Source: Lentisphaeria bacterium | GTDB taxonomy: Bacteria; Verrucomicrobiota; Lentisphaeria; Victivallales; JAADHT01 | DNA: 60,898 bases | Assembly: GCA_015486135.1 (NCBI GenBank) | Contig: WFSE01000044.1 | Coordinates: forward strand, 1 to 60,898 | Direction: 5' to 3' | Shown: piece after piece, positions 9,027-18,181 of the stretch | Layout: every line of letters starts with the position of its first letter | Numbering within the stretch: position 1 is the stretch's first letter | Position numbers and translations under genes: made by a program | Notes under the pieces: generated by a model | What the model saw: the letters and a program-made list of their open reading frames with translations, nothing else | What the model was told of the DNA's origin: nothing | Database searches by the model: none

Positions 9027-9164
9027 ATCGCCTCCCGCAGCGCCAAAAACCAACGCCCCCCTAGGAGGGAAGATACCATCAACGCAACGAAAAATCCAAC
9101 CTTCTTCGTCCTACAAGCCAACAAGTGGCTATCCAAGGCTCGCCGAACTTTCACGGGAATAATC

Positions 9165-9192
9165 TTGACAATGACGATTATGGTGATAGTGT
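9165..9192 (+). promoter_or_regulatory. weak sigma70-like promoter candidate upstream of dksA-like gene (TTGACA-16-TAGTGT)
   Basis: Perfect -35 hexamer at 9165-9170 and a poor -10 at 9187-9192; 55 nt upstream of the ATG at 9247. Confidence 0.25.
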
Positions 9193-9246
9193 CCGCCTCT
9201 CTTCCGACAGGAAGTCTGGCCCAACTAACATGTTAGGATTGTTGCA

Positions 9247-9675
9247 ATGGCTAAAAAAACCGAAACGGGAAATGCGGCGGTCTCGCAACTGAGCGCGCAG
9301 CAAAAAAAATATTACGATGTGCTGATGCGAATTAGGGAGCAAGTGGTGCGACAAATGGAGTTCCACTCTAGCGAGGCCTTGGTTAACAACCACAACGCTG
9401 GGGAAAAGGGGATGTCTACCCATATGGCGGATTTGGGCAGCGACAATTTTCTCCACGACATGGAGCTCGCCATGATAACCCAGGAAACCGATGTCTTGGA
9501 GACGATAGACGAATCGATAGAGCGCCTTGTCCAGGGCGAGGGATATGGTGCGTGCCAGGATTGTGGTTGCGATATAGGCCACGATCGCTTGATGGTGAAA
9601 CCCTATGCGAAATTTTGCGTGAAATGCAAATCCATCCGCGAGAAAAATGGTGGTATGCGTCCCGATTTTAATTAG
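9247..9675 (+). CDS. dksA: DksA/TraR family C4-type zinc-finger transcription factor
   Basis: Coiled-coil region with an acidic tip (DLGSDNFLHDMELAM) and a C-terminal CQDCG...CVKC zinc finger; 142 aa. Confidence 0.75.
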   Translation: MAKKTETGNAAVSQLSAQQKKYYDVLMRIREQVVRQMEFHSSEALVNNHNAGEKGMSTHMADLGSDNFLHDMELAMITQETDVLETIDESIERLVQGEGYGACQDCGCDIGHDRLMVKPYAKFCVKCKSIREKNGGMRPDFN

Positions 9676-9716
9676 GATACCGCCACGGGACACCGTTCCA
9701 AGGATAATGTGATTTT

Positions 9717-10238
9717 TTGGAAACACAAAGCACACCATTGCGTTCCTCCAACGAGACGCCGCTAGTCTGTCGCGCCGCGGCGCTGATGGCTGTCCTGGTC
9801 GTGTTAGATCAAATCACCAAGGCGGTTATTGAACGAAACGCCGACAATCTCCCGGCATCGGTAGTGCCGGGTTTTTTCGACATTGTCAGTGTTAGCAATA
9901 CGGGTGCCGCATGGGGAATGCTCCAAGAGCATAAATGGCTTCTTCTTGGAGTGGCCATGGTGTTTTTAGTGGCGATAGTGCTACGGTTGAAGCATCTTAC
10001 GGAAGGTTGGCCGGAGCGATATTATTCCATGGGGATGATCGCCTCTGGAATAATAGGCAACTCCATTGACAGGATATGGCGCGGTGCCGTGGTTGATTTC
10101 CTTGATTTCCATGTTGCGGGCCATCATTGGCCTGCGTTCAACGTTGCGGACAGCGCTATTTGCGTAGGCGTGGGAATCTATCTCGTATCGTCGTTTAAGC
10201 GGTCAGTGCGAATTGCTGGCAAGGAAAGTTCGGAATGA
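9717..10238 (+). CDS. lspA: lipoprotein signal peptidase (signal peptidase II)
   Basis: Motifs VSNTGAAWGM, NSIDR..GAVVDFLDF and WPAFNVADSAICVG; TTG start in the ORF track, so the exact start is uncertain. Confidence 0.9.
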   Translation: METQSTPLRSSNETPLVCRAAALMAVLVVLDQITKAVIERNADNLPASVVPGFFDIVSVSNTGAAWGMLQEHKWLLLGVAMVFLVAIVLRLKHLTEGWPERYYSMGMIASGIIGNSIDRIWRGAVVDFLDFHVAGHHWPAFNVADSAICVGVGIYLVSSFKRSVRIAGKESSE

Positions 10239-10798
10239 AAAACCTGTCAAAAATTCCCAAGCCCGACACTACCGCGGTTTTGTTTATCGATGTCCAGGAA
10301 AAACTTGTAGCAGCAATGCCTGAGATATTCCGGGACACATTAAAAAAACAAAAGATTTTTCTTGACGGCGCCAAGGCGCTGAGGCTCGATGTCGTAGTGA
10401 CGGAGCAGTATCCCAAGGGGCTAGGCGCCACCCTGCCAGAGCTCTCGTCCATCTTCGAACCCAAGTGGCCAGTGCTCGAGAAGGCCTCTTTTTCCGCTCT
10501 GGTCGAGCCGGCTGTTCGCTCGCATCTCGAACGCAACCCTCCTGAAACACTCGTCATAGCTGGAATAGAAGCTCATGTATGCGTGTTCCAAACTGCCTTG
10601 GATTCTTTGGCTAAAGGCTGGAGCACTATCGTATTGGCGGATGCCGTGGAGTCTAGAAACGACGTTGACAAGCGGACCGCCCTTGCGGCGGCCGCGGCCG
10701 AGGGTGCAAAAATATGGACTGTCGAGTCGCTCCTTTTCGCTCTTACAAGAGACTCCGGAAATCCCGCGTTTAAGACAATATCGAAACTTGTCCGGTAG
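10235..10798 (+). CDS. isochorismatase-family hydrolase
   Basis: AVLFIDVQEK, VVVTEQYPKGLG and LVIAGIEAHVCVFQTALD (catalytic Cys context); ATGA overlap with lspA. Confidence 0.8.
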   Translation: MKNLSKIPKPDTTAVLFIDVQEKLVAAMPEIFRDTLKKQKIFLDGAKALRLDVVVTEQYPKGLGATLPELSSIFEPKWPVLEKASFSALVEPAVRSHLERNPPETLVIAGIEAHVCVFQTALDSLAKGWSTIVLADAVESRNDVDKRTALAAAAAEGAKIWTVESLLFALTRDSGNPAFKTISKLVR

Positions 10799-10862
10799 AA
10801 ATTTTAGTCCCCAGGTTGGAACCGGCAATCCCGAATTCAATCAAAGTGTGGGAATTAACCCA

Positions 10863-11633
10863 ATGCCACTTATTCAGCGGGCTACCGATAGGGAGGTTCA
10901 AGTGAGGGATTTCGCATTTATCGTGCCAGCGTTTAACGAGGAGGAGTTGCTCCCAAAAACCCTCGATAACCTAAACGCCATTGTCGAATCCCTGAAAAAT
11001 AGCTACTCTGGGCGAATAATTGTCGTGGACAACAATTCCACGGACACCACGGCTCAAATAGCCTCGGATAAAGGGGCTAAAGTCTACTTCGAACCCGAAA
11101 ACCGTATATCAAAGGCGCGGAACACGGGAGCGGGAAACACCGATGTTGATTTTCTTGTATTTGTGGATGCGGATACGGTCCCGTCCGTGGGTCTAGTCGA
11201 GAACACACTCGCCCTATTGGACTCCGGTCTTGTTTGCGGAGGTGGAGCTGAAACGCGCTTCGACACTCCGTTGCCGTTTTTGGGTAAGTTGACGCTGGCC
11301 ATTTGGAATTTATACTCAAAGCTATTTCTTTCCGCCGCTGGATCATATCTATTTTGCAGTCAAGAGGCCTGGCTCGATATTGGTGGGTTCGACGAGTCCC
11401 TTTACGCCTCGGAAGAGATTGATTTCTCGGCTAAATTACGAAAATGGGGAAAGAAACGCGGAATGCGATTCGAACGATTGGCCGGTAGTGTTACAACATC
11501 CGCTCGAAAGCTCCAATGGTATAGTCCCACGGTCATTTTCGCGGTTCTGTGCGTAAGCGCCATTTGTCCTCCGCTTCTAAAAAGCAAGAAATGGTGTCGC
11601 AAATGGTGGTATTCGAGACCGCAAAACATCTAG
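10863..11633 (+). CDS. family 2 glycosyltransferase
   Basis: FAFIVPAFNEEELL, VVDNNSTDTT and FVDADT (DxD) motifs. Start moved to the ATG at 10863, because the 5' part of the track ORF overlaps the isochorismatase gene. Confidence 0.8.
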   Translation: MPLIQRATDREVQVRDFAFIVPAFNEEELLPKTLDNLNAIVESLKNSYSGRIIVVDNNSTDTTAQIASDKGAKVYFEPENRISKARNTGAGNTDVDFLVFVDADTVPSVGLVENTLALLDSGLVCGGGAETRFDTPLPFLGKLTLAIWNLYSKLFLSAAGSYLFCSQEAWLDIGGFDESLYASEEIDFSAKLRKWGKKRGMRFERLAGSVTTSARKLQWYSPTVIFAVLCVSAICPPLLKSKKWCRKWWYSRPQNI

Positions 11634-11730
11634 GGTCCGCCGCACAATTGGCAAGTGCTTAATAGTCACGATGTTAAGCCTATCATCTTCAAGATTTTGG
11701 GAGCGCTTCCAAAGCCCTTGGAGTCGACTA
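11634..11730. repeat. family-A MITE-like element, partial/degenerate right end (A1)
   Basis: GGGTCCGCCGCACAATTGGCAAGTGCTTAA...TTTTGGGAG..CCCTTGGAGTCGACTA. It begins on the G of the GT2 TAG stop, and its right end overlaps the fucosidase stop. Confidence 0.75.
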
Positions 11731-13401
11731 TTCCCTGCCAGTGACCACTTCTCCTCCAGCCGCGTCCACGACCGCGCGGAGACGTTTCGATGTAGATACG
11801 GCGAAGCCTTTACGGACGCACGATACCCTGAGGCCTTTGGCCGCGGCGGCGTCAAGGAAATTGGCGAGCCATGTGTGCGCTTTCGAAAAGTACTTCAGGA
11901 GTATGATATCCCCTGGTTTGAGATTTCGCGCGGTATTTCCAGCTTTTTTAGCGTTCTTTTCGGAAACGATTGTTCCCGGCTCCAACACCACTAGGTTGTA
12001 ATAGTTCAACGCAGTCCAGATGTTCCACGAGTAATTGCTTTCCGGGAGCAGCACCGTTACTGGAGCCATAGTCGACTGAAATTGGGATTGCACGGGAGCG
12101 ACGTAGTCGCGGATTTTCATGGCAGTAACCTTGTTCAAAGGTTCTTTCGCCATAATAGCGTTGCCTATGGCGTTGCCGGCCTTAGCGAGATTCCGCAATG
12201 CGGCGGTATCCGTTTTGGCGCTTTTCCCGTCCACGAAAAATGTCGCCGTGGCGTTTTTGGTTTTCAACAACGTTGCGATAGCGGCCTGGTCTTTGGATGT
12301 CCATTCCGGAGCTAAGCAGAGAAACACTAGATTTTTCTTATTGGGCACGGTCTTTACCGGCTTGTCGAATATGCCGTATAGCTCCTTGTCGTATTTAGTG
12401 GTATCCTTTGGGTTCCACATGGAACCAATTTTCTTCAAAAGCGCCACCGTTTGAGGGTGCAATTTCCCCGTCTTTTCCGGCGAGCAGTTAAGGAGGTAGT
12501 TCGACTTTCGGTTGACAAGTGGCAGGAGCATTTTATTCACTATGTAATCGGCGCTTCTGACTGGAATGGCCGGCCCTCCAGGATTTGCAAACCAGCCGGA
12601 GTTCAATTTGTCGCACACCTCGGAGGGCACGGTATTGTCCGGCGGGGGCAACATGAGCGAATAGGGGTATTCGTAGCCGGCGATATCGGATATGTCCAAG
12701 CTCTTGGAGGTGTTCGCTACAACCACGCAATTGGGCTGCAGACCGTGGATGTAGTCCCTGATTTTCGCCCAGTCGCCCTGCTTCAATCCGCCATTGGTGG
12801 AACCCCATTGATCTATCCACACGATGTCGATTTTTCCATAGTTGGTCAACAATTCTTTGAATTGCGCTTTTATGAATGATAGTGCGTCCCCTTTTCCCGT
12901 GGCATAGTTTTTCAATGGCAACGTCGTGTAATTAGGCCAGCAATCCCCCCACAAGGGAAAGCAGTAGTACAATCCCACCTTCAAACCACGCTTTCTAAAT
13001 GCGTCCACGAATTCCCTGACGATATCGCCCTTTCCCCCCTTGTACTTTTTGAACATAGACACGTTGTGTGGTGTGGTTTTCGTCGGCCATAGACACCATC
13101 CCCCGGTGTGCTTGATGGTGAGAATCGCATATTTCATTTTCGCGGATTTCGCGGCGTCCGCCCATTGTCCAATATCCAAGTTTTCCGGGTTGAACTTGGC
13201 TGGATCCTCTTTTCCGTTAGACCAGCCTCCGGGGACAAACGTGGACATGTTGAAGTGGATGAACATGCCGAATTTCCACTTGAGGAACTCTTTCCTCAAT
13301 GCGTCGGCATCCCGGGCGCTCGCCGCCACGGATCCCAGCAACAACATGGACAATACCGATAAAACCATCCAACGAGACTTTGCAATAAACCGCATTAGCA
13401 T
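11728..13401 (-). CDS. secreted GH29 alpha-L-fucosidase fused to a C-terminal NodB (polysaccharide deacetylase)-like domain lacking catalytic motifs
   Basis: Signal peptide, then GH29 hallmarks FGMFIHFNMSTF, KYAILTIKHTGGWCLWPT and VWIDQW. The C-terminal ~200 aa follow the NodB pattern (NATATFFVDG...AGNAIGNA...GDIILL), but TFDD is replaced by CLAPEW and the His motif is absent. Confidence 0.75.
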   Translation of the reverse strand: MLMRFIAKSRWMVLSVLSMLLLGSVAASARDADALRKEFLKWKFGMFIHFNMSTFVPGGWSNGKEDPAKFNPENLDIGQWADAAKSAKMKYAILTIKHTGGWCLWPTKTTPHNVSMFKKYKGGKGDIVREFVDAFRKRGLKVGLYYCFPLWGDCWPNYTTLPLKNYATGKGDALSFIKAQFKELLTNYGKIDIVWIDQWGSTNGGLKQGDWAKIRDYIHGLQPNCVVVANTSKSLDISDIAGYEYPYSLMLPPPDNTVPSEVCDKLNSGWFANPGGPAIPVRSADYIVNKMLLPLVNRKSNYLLNCSPEKTGKLHPQTVALLKKIGSMWNPKDTTKYDKELYGIFDKPVKTVPNKKNLVFLCLAPEWTSKDQAAIATLLKTKNATATFFVDGKSAKTDTAALRNLAKAGNAIGNAIMAKEPLNKVTAMKIRDYVAPVQSQFQSTMAPVTVLLPESNYSWNIWTALNYYNLVVLEPGTIVSEKNAKKAGNTARNLKPGDIILLKYFSKAHTWLANFLDAAAAKGLRVSCVRKGFAVSTSKRLRAVVDAAGGEVVTGRE

Positions 13402-13699
13402 CCCTCATTCTTCTATTGCTCTAAAGATTCATCCGGAAGCCAGCATTGCTTCCAACTTCCTGCTTACATAAGCGGAAAAGACTAGTTTGTCAAGAAAATA
13501 CACGCTGGGAAAGGGGAGCGGATTTCCGTCCTCATGGAGAGGGGGTGACGTTTTTGCCCTTGGCTCCCCGGCCCTCCGGACTACGTTCGATGCCACTAAT
13601 GGACTTGCCAGCGCACTTGGAATGTTGAAAAAGCGTTTGCGGGGAGCATATTCGCAGTCGGGATTTGGTGGTGTCTTAGAATGTGGAGCTGTGGTTGCT

Positions 13700-14395
13700 A
13701 TGAAAATTGCGTATTCCGGATTGGACATTCCCGAGGGTAAAAGGAAGTTGGAGGACCCGATATTAAAGAGGCTGGAGGAGAAGTTCCAGCCTAAAAAGAT
13801 GGTGCCTTTTTTCGTGGAATTCATACAAGATGATTTCGAAGCCGCGGATGCTATCCTCGTAGGGAAAAACTCTGTTTTGGATCTCCTGATCCTGGATATG
13901 GAAAAGCTGGAAACCCGCCTTGGTCGATTGGGCGATGTCGACGGTGACAAAGACCTCTTGAAGCGTTGCCTGGCGTTTCTGGAGGAAGAGCGGCCGTTAT
14001 GCGACATGAATCTCCTGGACGGGGAACGCACGTCCCTTGCTGAATTGGCGCCGTTTAGCTTCAAGGCTACATTGATTGTGGAAGAGGGCTTTGACGATTT
14101 GAATGATCTGGCGTGGAGGGCTATCGACAAGGCTGGCATGACGTTTTTCTACACCGCAGGAAAACCCGAAGTCCGGAGCTGGTTTATCCCGAAAAACTCG
14201 GATGCGGTGACCTGCGCTGGAAAAATCCACTCGGATTTGGCGCGCGGATTCATTAAAGCGGAAATTGTCAATATCGAAGATTACGACCAGGCGCATAACC
14301 TAAACGACGCCAGGAGCAAAGGCTTGTCGAAGCTGGTGGATAAGGATTACATTGTTCAGCACGGCGATGTGTTGGAAATACGCTTCAACGTATGA
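13700..14395 (+). CDS. YchF/OLA1-like protein lacking the P-loop G-domain (helical insert plus DUF933/TGS-like C-terminal domain only)
   Basis: The C-terminus FFYTAGKPEVRSWFIPKNSDAVTCAGKIHSDLARGFIKAEI...DKDYIVQHGDVLEIRFNV aligns closely with the E. coli YchF C-terminus. The N-terminus MKIAYSGLDIPEGKR replaces GLPNVGKS, and no DxxG is visible. Start chosen at the ATG at 13700 (GGAG 12 nt upstream); 13487 and 13622 are alternatives. Confidence 0.6.
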   Translation: MKIAYSGLDIPEGKRKLEDPILKRLEEKFQPKKMVPFFVEFIQDDFEAADAILVGKNSVLDLLILDMEKLETRLGRLGDVDGDKDLLKRCLAFLEEERPLCDMNLLDGERTSLAELAPFSFKATLIVEEGFDDLNDLAWRAIDKAGMTFFYTAGKPEVRSWFIPKNSDAVTCAGKIHSDLARGFIKAEIVNIEDYDQAHNLNDARSKGLSKLVDKDYIVQHGDVLEIRFNV

Positions 14396-14476
14396 ATAGT
14401 GTTGCGGTGGACGGCTATTCGCGGTATAGTCGTCGAAGGGGGAGGAGGGGAAGGCAATTATTCGGGAGGGCTGGAT

Positions 14477-15631
14477 ATGAGGAAAATACTCGGTACCGCA
14501 GTAGCGCTGATAATGGCGTTCGTTGTTCCATGCGTGGTTTTTGCCGCCGACAATGGAGCGCATCCGACCGAGGGGAAAAAGCCGGCTCCGGCCAAGCCTG
14601 GCAAACCACTGAAGTCCGTGGTTGTTAAATACGATTCGGACACCGAGATCGCCAAAGCGATTCCCTTGGAAACCGTCTCCTTCGAGACCGTGAAGAAAAT
14701 TTGCGAGCCAATGTTATCGAAACACGGGTCACTCTCCTATGTAAGGGACCGCGGCGCGGTGCTTGTCTTTGACAAACGAGCCATAGTTGCTAAAATTGCG
14801 AAAATCATAAAGGAAATAGATCTTCCCGCCGTCAATATCAGAGTGGACGTGGATTTTCTCGAGACTGGCACCTCCAAGCACGACCGGTTGAACGTGGAGT
14901 TCTACAACCACAAAATGCCCAGGAAAAAAAACCAGCTTATCATTGTCAACGGAAAAGTCATGAAGATAGACAGAATCAATATATCGGGCGTGAAAGGTAG
15001 TGGCTCCTCCGTTAGAAACACTTCGCAATTTATTATGACGTTGAGCGGACATCCCGCCACGCTATGGGTGGGCCGAACGATCATAGATCCTACTTGGCTT
15101 AGGCAAGTGAAACTGATTCCGGACACCTTGGTGCTCTTGCCGAACGGAGGGTACGTGGAAATTCCAGGATTCGACAACGATTTTGTGTGGAGCGACATTG
15201 GAGCGTCGTTACGGATCAAGCCAACGTATTTGGGTAACGGGAGGATCGACTTGGAATTGTATCCGGTGGTCACCTATTTGGAGGATGATCCCGCGGATGT
15301 CGGGAACAAGCATCGGCGTGGTCGCCAGGCACACAAAACGGTGCGGGTGGAAAACGTCTCTACCCACGTGGTGGTTATGAATGGTCAACGCGTGTCGATT
15401 GGGGGCGCGATATCATCAAAAAGGAATTTTTACACAAATTTGTTCGGACCGAATTTCATCAGTCGGGATGGGAATAATAGTCTCCTCGACATGTATGTGA
15501 CCGCAACTATTGTTCGCCCTGGGCAAAGTGGCCGACGAAGCTATATTCCCAGAACGCCAGTACATGTGGAGCCTATAAAAGTTCCGGATACTAGAAGACG
15601 CGAGGATCCATCCAGACTTTTCAGACATTGA
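14477..15631 (+). CDS. small secretin-family-like outer membrane protein
   Basis: Start at the ATG at 14477 with a GGGAGGG RBS, then a signal peptide. A secretin N-domain-like segment follows (SLSYVRDRGAVLVFDKRAIVAKIAKIIKEIDLP..NIRVDV), then a C-terminal secretin-like block (DIGASLRIKPTYLGNGRIDLEL...THVVVMNGQRVSIGGAIS). No T2SS/T4P/Tad partner genes are nearby. Confidence 0.5.
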   Translation: MRKILGTAVALIMAFVVPCVVFAADNGAHPTEGKKPAPAKPGKPLKSVVVKYDSDTEIAKAIPLETVSFETVKKICEPMLSKHGSLSYVRDRGAVLVFDKRAIVAKIAKIIKEIDLPAVNIRVDVDFLETGTSKHDRLNVEFYNHKMPRKKNQLIIVNGKVMKIDRINISGVKGSGSSVRNTSQFIMTLSGHPATLWVGRTIIDPTWLRQVKLIPDTLVLLPNGGYVEIPGFDNDFVWSDIGASLRIKPTYLGNGRIDLELYPVVTYLEDDPADVGNKHRRGRQAHKTVRVENVSTHVVVMNGQRVSIGGAISSKRNFYTNLFGPNFISRDGNNSLLDMYVTATIVRPGQSGRRSYIPRTPVHVEPIKVPDTRRREDPSRLFRH

Positions 15632-15644
15632 GGAGAACAGTGTT

Positions 15645-16442
15645 TTGAATAAAAATTTAAAAACGAAACCAACCGTGCGGGATTTCCGGTCAATGAAACA
15701 AAAGGGCGAGAAAATAGTCGCTCTCTCGGTTTATGACGCCCCCACCGCTGGATTCGCGGAGGAGCTCGGCGTGAATCTGCTTTTGGTGGGAGATTCCCTA
15801 GGGATGGCGGTCCTGGGCTATGACAGTACAATCCCCGTGACGCTAGGGCAATCGTTGCACCATTGTGCGGCTGTTAGGCGTGGCGCTCCAGCGACGTTCG
15901 TGGTGGGAGATATGCCGTTCATGACCTTCCAAGTATCTATCGCGGATGCGATGAAAAATGCCGCGAGATACCTTCAAGAAGTCGGTGTCGATGCCGTTAA
16001 AGTGGAGGGTGGAGAGAAAATGGCGGAAACTATCTCGAGAATGGTGGGAGCTGGAATACCAGTTCTTGGACATGTCGGGCTTCTCCCGCAAAAAGTGCTT
16101 ATCTCGGGAGGATATCGCCTTGCGGGAAAAACGAATCAAGATGCGGAAAGAGTGCTAGCCGATGCCAAAGCGGTGGAGGGCGCTGGTGCGTTCGCTGTCG
16201 TTTTGGAAGGGATGCCCGCGGATTTGGCGGCGCATATCACGCAATCATTGCATATCCCCACCATTGGGATTGGCGCGGGCCCGGAATGCGACGGACAAAT
16301 TCAAGTTTCCAGTGATATATTGGGATTGCTGCCGGGATTTACTCCAAAACACGCTAAACGTTACGCCGACTTGGCATCCGTTATCAAACAGGCTTTTGGG
16401 GACTATCTAGCCGAAACACGAACCGGACAGTTCCCGTCCTAA
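15645..16442 (+). CDS. panB: 3-methyl-2-oxobutanoate hydroxymethyltransferase
   Basis: KIVALSVYDAPTAGFAEE.GV..LLVGDSLGMAVLGYDSTIPVTL plus VKVEGG and PVLGHVGLLPQ motifs. Confidence 0.9.
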   Translation: MNKNLKTKPTVRDFRSMKQKGEKIVALSVYDAPTAGFAEELGVNLLLVGDSLGMAVLGYDSTIPVTLGQSLHHCAAVRRGAPATFVVGDMPFMTFQVSIADAMKNAARYLQEVGVDAVKVEGGEKMAETISRMVGAGIPVLGHVGLLPQKVLISGGYRLAGKTNQDAERVLADAKAVEGAGAFAVVLEGMPADLAAHITQSLHIPTIGIGAGPECDGQIQVSSDILGLLPGFTPKHAKRYADLASVIKQAFGDYLAETRTGQFPS

Positions 16443-16445
16443 TGA

Positions 16446-16593
16446 GGGCTCACTGAATAATTGGCAAGTGCTTAAGAATTATTGGGTTAAATGCCTTTTT
16501 GGTGGTGTCATCTCCAATATTTTGGGAGGGCATCTCCCAAAATCCTTGGAGACGACTAACGATTTGAGGCACTTGCCAATTCCGTGAAAGCCC
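16446..16593. mobile_element. full-length family-A MITE-like element (A2) flanked by TAATGA direct repeats
   Basis: Termini GGGCTCACTGAATAATTGGCAAGTGC and GCACTTGCCAATTCCGTGAAAGCCC form an inverted pair. An internal ~17-bp palindrome TCTCCAATATTTTGGGAG/CTCCCAAAATCCTTGGAGA is present. TAATGA occurs at 16440-16445 and 16594-16599. No coding capacity. Confidence 0.8.
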
Positions 16594-18043
16594 TAATGAG
16601 CAATGCGTTGATGGTGGCGCTAGTAATTTGCGCAAGTTTGGCTCTCCGGACTCCCGGAGCCCAGATGATTTTCCCATCGGGCGCTACCAGGACTGGTGTC
16701 AATCGTTTAGCTTCGCCTTTGATTCCAGAGGATTCCAGCAACTTTTTCAGTCTAGTTGGATTGTCGGCTCCGAAAGGAATCATCTTGTCGCCGTCGCGGC
16801 GACTGCGAATCGTCAAGGTTTCGGGAACTTGGCTGGCATCGAAGCAGGCGGTCATATTCGATGGATCTTTTAGGGGAAGATTGTCGTTTCCGATCGTTTT
16901 TCCAGCGGAATTCGGGACGGTGCCTTCGCCGATGGGTGCGATATCCGCGGTGAACTTCCATTCCCCCCATTGAATGCGAGGTTGTTTTTTCCAGTTCCAT
17001 TTAATTTCCGGCGCTGTTTGGGACCGTTCCGATATGTCTCCGCGGAGAATTCGGGCCTCCACTGAATCGACCATGACGCGTATTTCGCGGGAAAGGGGAA
17101 TTTCCTCCGCCGACGATGGCGAGCGGGCCAGAACGCAGGAGAGGCGCTTGATGAAGCTGGCTGTAGGGATCACATCGACACTGGAGCAGGTTGAGAGCCA
17201 TAGACGCACTACTCGGTACAACAGCGCTGGATGCAAATCCGCGAGTTCCGCGGAGGGGAGGCGTTCTGGGATTTCCCCCGCTATAGCCTCGAAAGCTTTC
17301 TTCGCCGTTTTTTCGAGATAATCGGCATCACTGGCGATGGCGTCTAGCGACCTGAGGACACCCTTTCCGATACGTTCCGGGGAGGGAGAGAGGAGTGCTG
17401 GAATTACGTTGTGCCGGATATGGTTTCTTGAAAAGGACGTGTCGTCGTTAGTGGAATCCACGCGCCAGCCGCGAATTCCGCGGTGTTCGAGATATCTTTC
17501 AATCTCGGTTCGAGGAAAACGGAGCAATGGACGGACAAACCGTGTTCCAGCCACCTCTCGGGACGGCCGCAATCCAGCCAGGGCGCTGGAGTTGCCCCCG
17601 CGCGAAAGTCGCTCGAAAAGGGTTTCGACACGGTCGTCGGCGTGGTGGCCAAGCGCCACCACGGTCTTCCCGTCGTTGGCGAGCTCTGCCCATTTCTCCA
17701 ATCTGGCCATGCGGGCGGCCGCTTCGATTCCCGGAGTGTCGGCATCAAGATCCAAATGAATTGTCGTCAGGGGAATCGCCGAAGCGCCATTCAATCTAGG
17801 ATACATTTCGGAGCAGAACCTCGAGCACCAATTGGCATCGGCCAAGCTCGCCTTCCCGCGAATGCCGTGTTCGAAATGAACGGCTTCGAGATAGACATCC
17901 AATTCCCCCGCTGTGTCGGCTAGCAGGGTCAGTAAAGCCGTGGAGTCGGCCCCTCCGCTAAACCCGACCAAAACGCGGCCCACGCCACGCAGAAGTGGTG
18001 AGGCAGTCGCTAAAAACGATTTGGAATCCAAGATTGTTGCCAT
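16556..18043 (-). CDS. tilS: tRNA(Ile)-lysidine synthase
   Basis: PP-loop VLVGFSGGADSTALL and 495 aa with a TilS C-terminal domain. The last ~13 codons (RAFTELASASNR) are encoded by repeat A2. Confidence 0.9.
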   Translation of the reverse strand: MATILDSKSFLATASPLLRGVGRVLVGFSGGADSTALLTLLADTAGELDVYLEAVHFEHGIRGKASLADANWCSRFCSEMYPRLNGASAIPLTTIHLDLDADTPGIEAAARMARLEKWAELANDGKTVVALGHHADDRVETLFERLSRGGNSSALAGLRPSREVAGTRFVRPLLRFPRTEIERYLEHRGIRGWRVDSTNDDTSFSRNHIRHNVIPALLSPSPERIGKGVLRSLDAIASDADYLEKTAKKAFEAIAGEIPERLPSAELADLHPALLYRVVRLWLSTCSSVDVIPTASFIKRLSCVLARSPSSAEEIPLSREIRVMVDSVEARILRGDISERSQTAPEIKWNWKKQPRIQWGEWKFTADIAPIGEGTVPNSAGKTIGNDNLPLKDPSNMTACFDASQVPETLTIRSRRDGDKMIPFGADNPTRLKKLLESSGIKGEAKRLTPVLVAPDGKIIWAPGVRRAKLAQITSATINALLIRAFTELASASNR

Positions 18044-18181
18044 GTTCGGGCCTGCTGAATATTACCCAATCCAACAGAACGCCCCCCCACATGTTCATGA
18101 GGCTTAAAGGCGCTCTTTCCTTGCGAGCTTTGCTTCCTCCGTTCTCTGTTCCGTTTTAGCGGAGTCAGTTCCGCTACTTTG

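Noticed and set aside
9178-9738. 186-aa minus-strand ORF
   Set aside because: It is antisense to the DksA-like gene, which has a clear C4 zinc finger.
10575-10862. N-terminal 96 codons of the ORF-track GT2 ORF
   Set aside because: They overlap the 3' end of the isochorismatase gene in another frame and are not protein-like. GT2 homology begins right after the ATG at 10863.
13429-14139. 236-aa minus-strand ORF
   Set aside because: It is antisense to the YchF-like gene, whose C-terminal homology is unambiguous, and its composition is Ser/Arg/Asn-rich.
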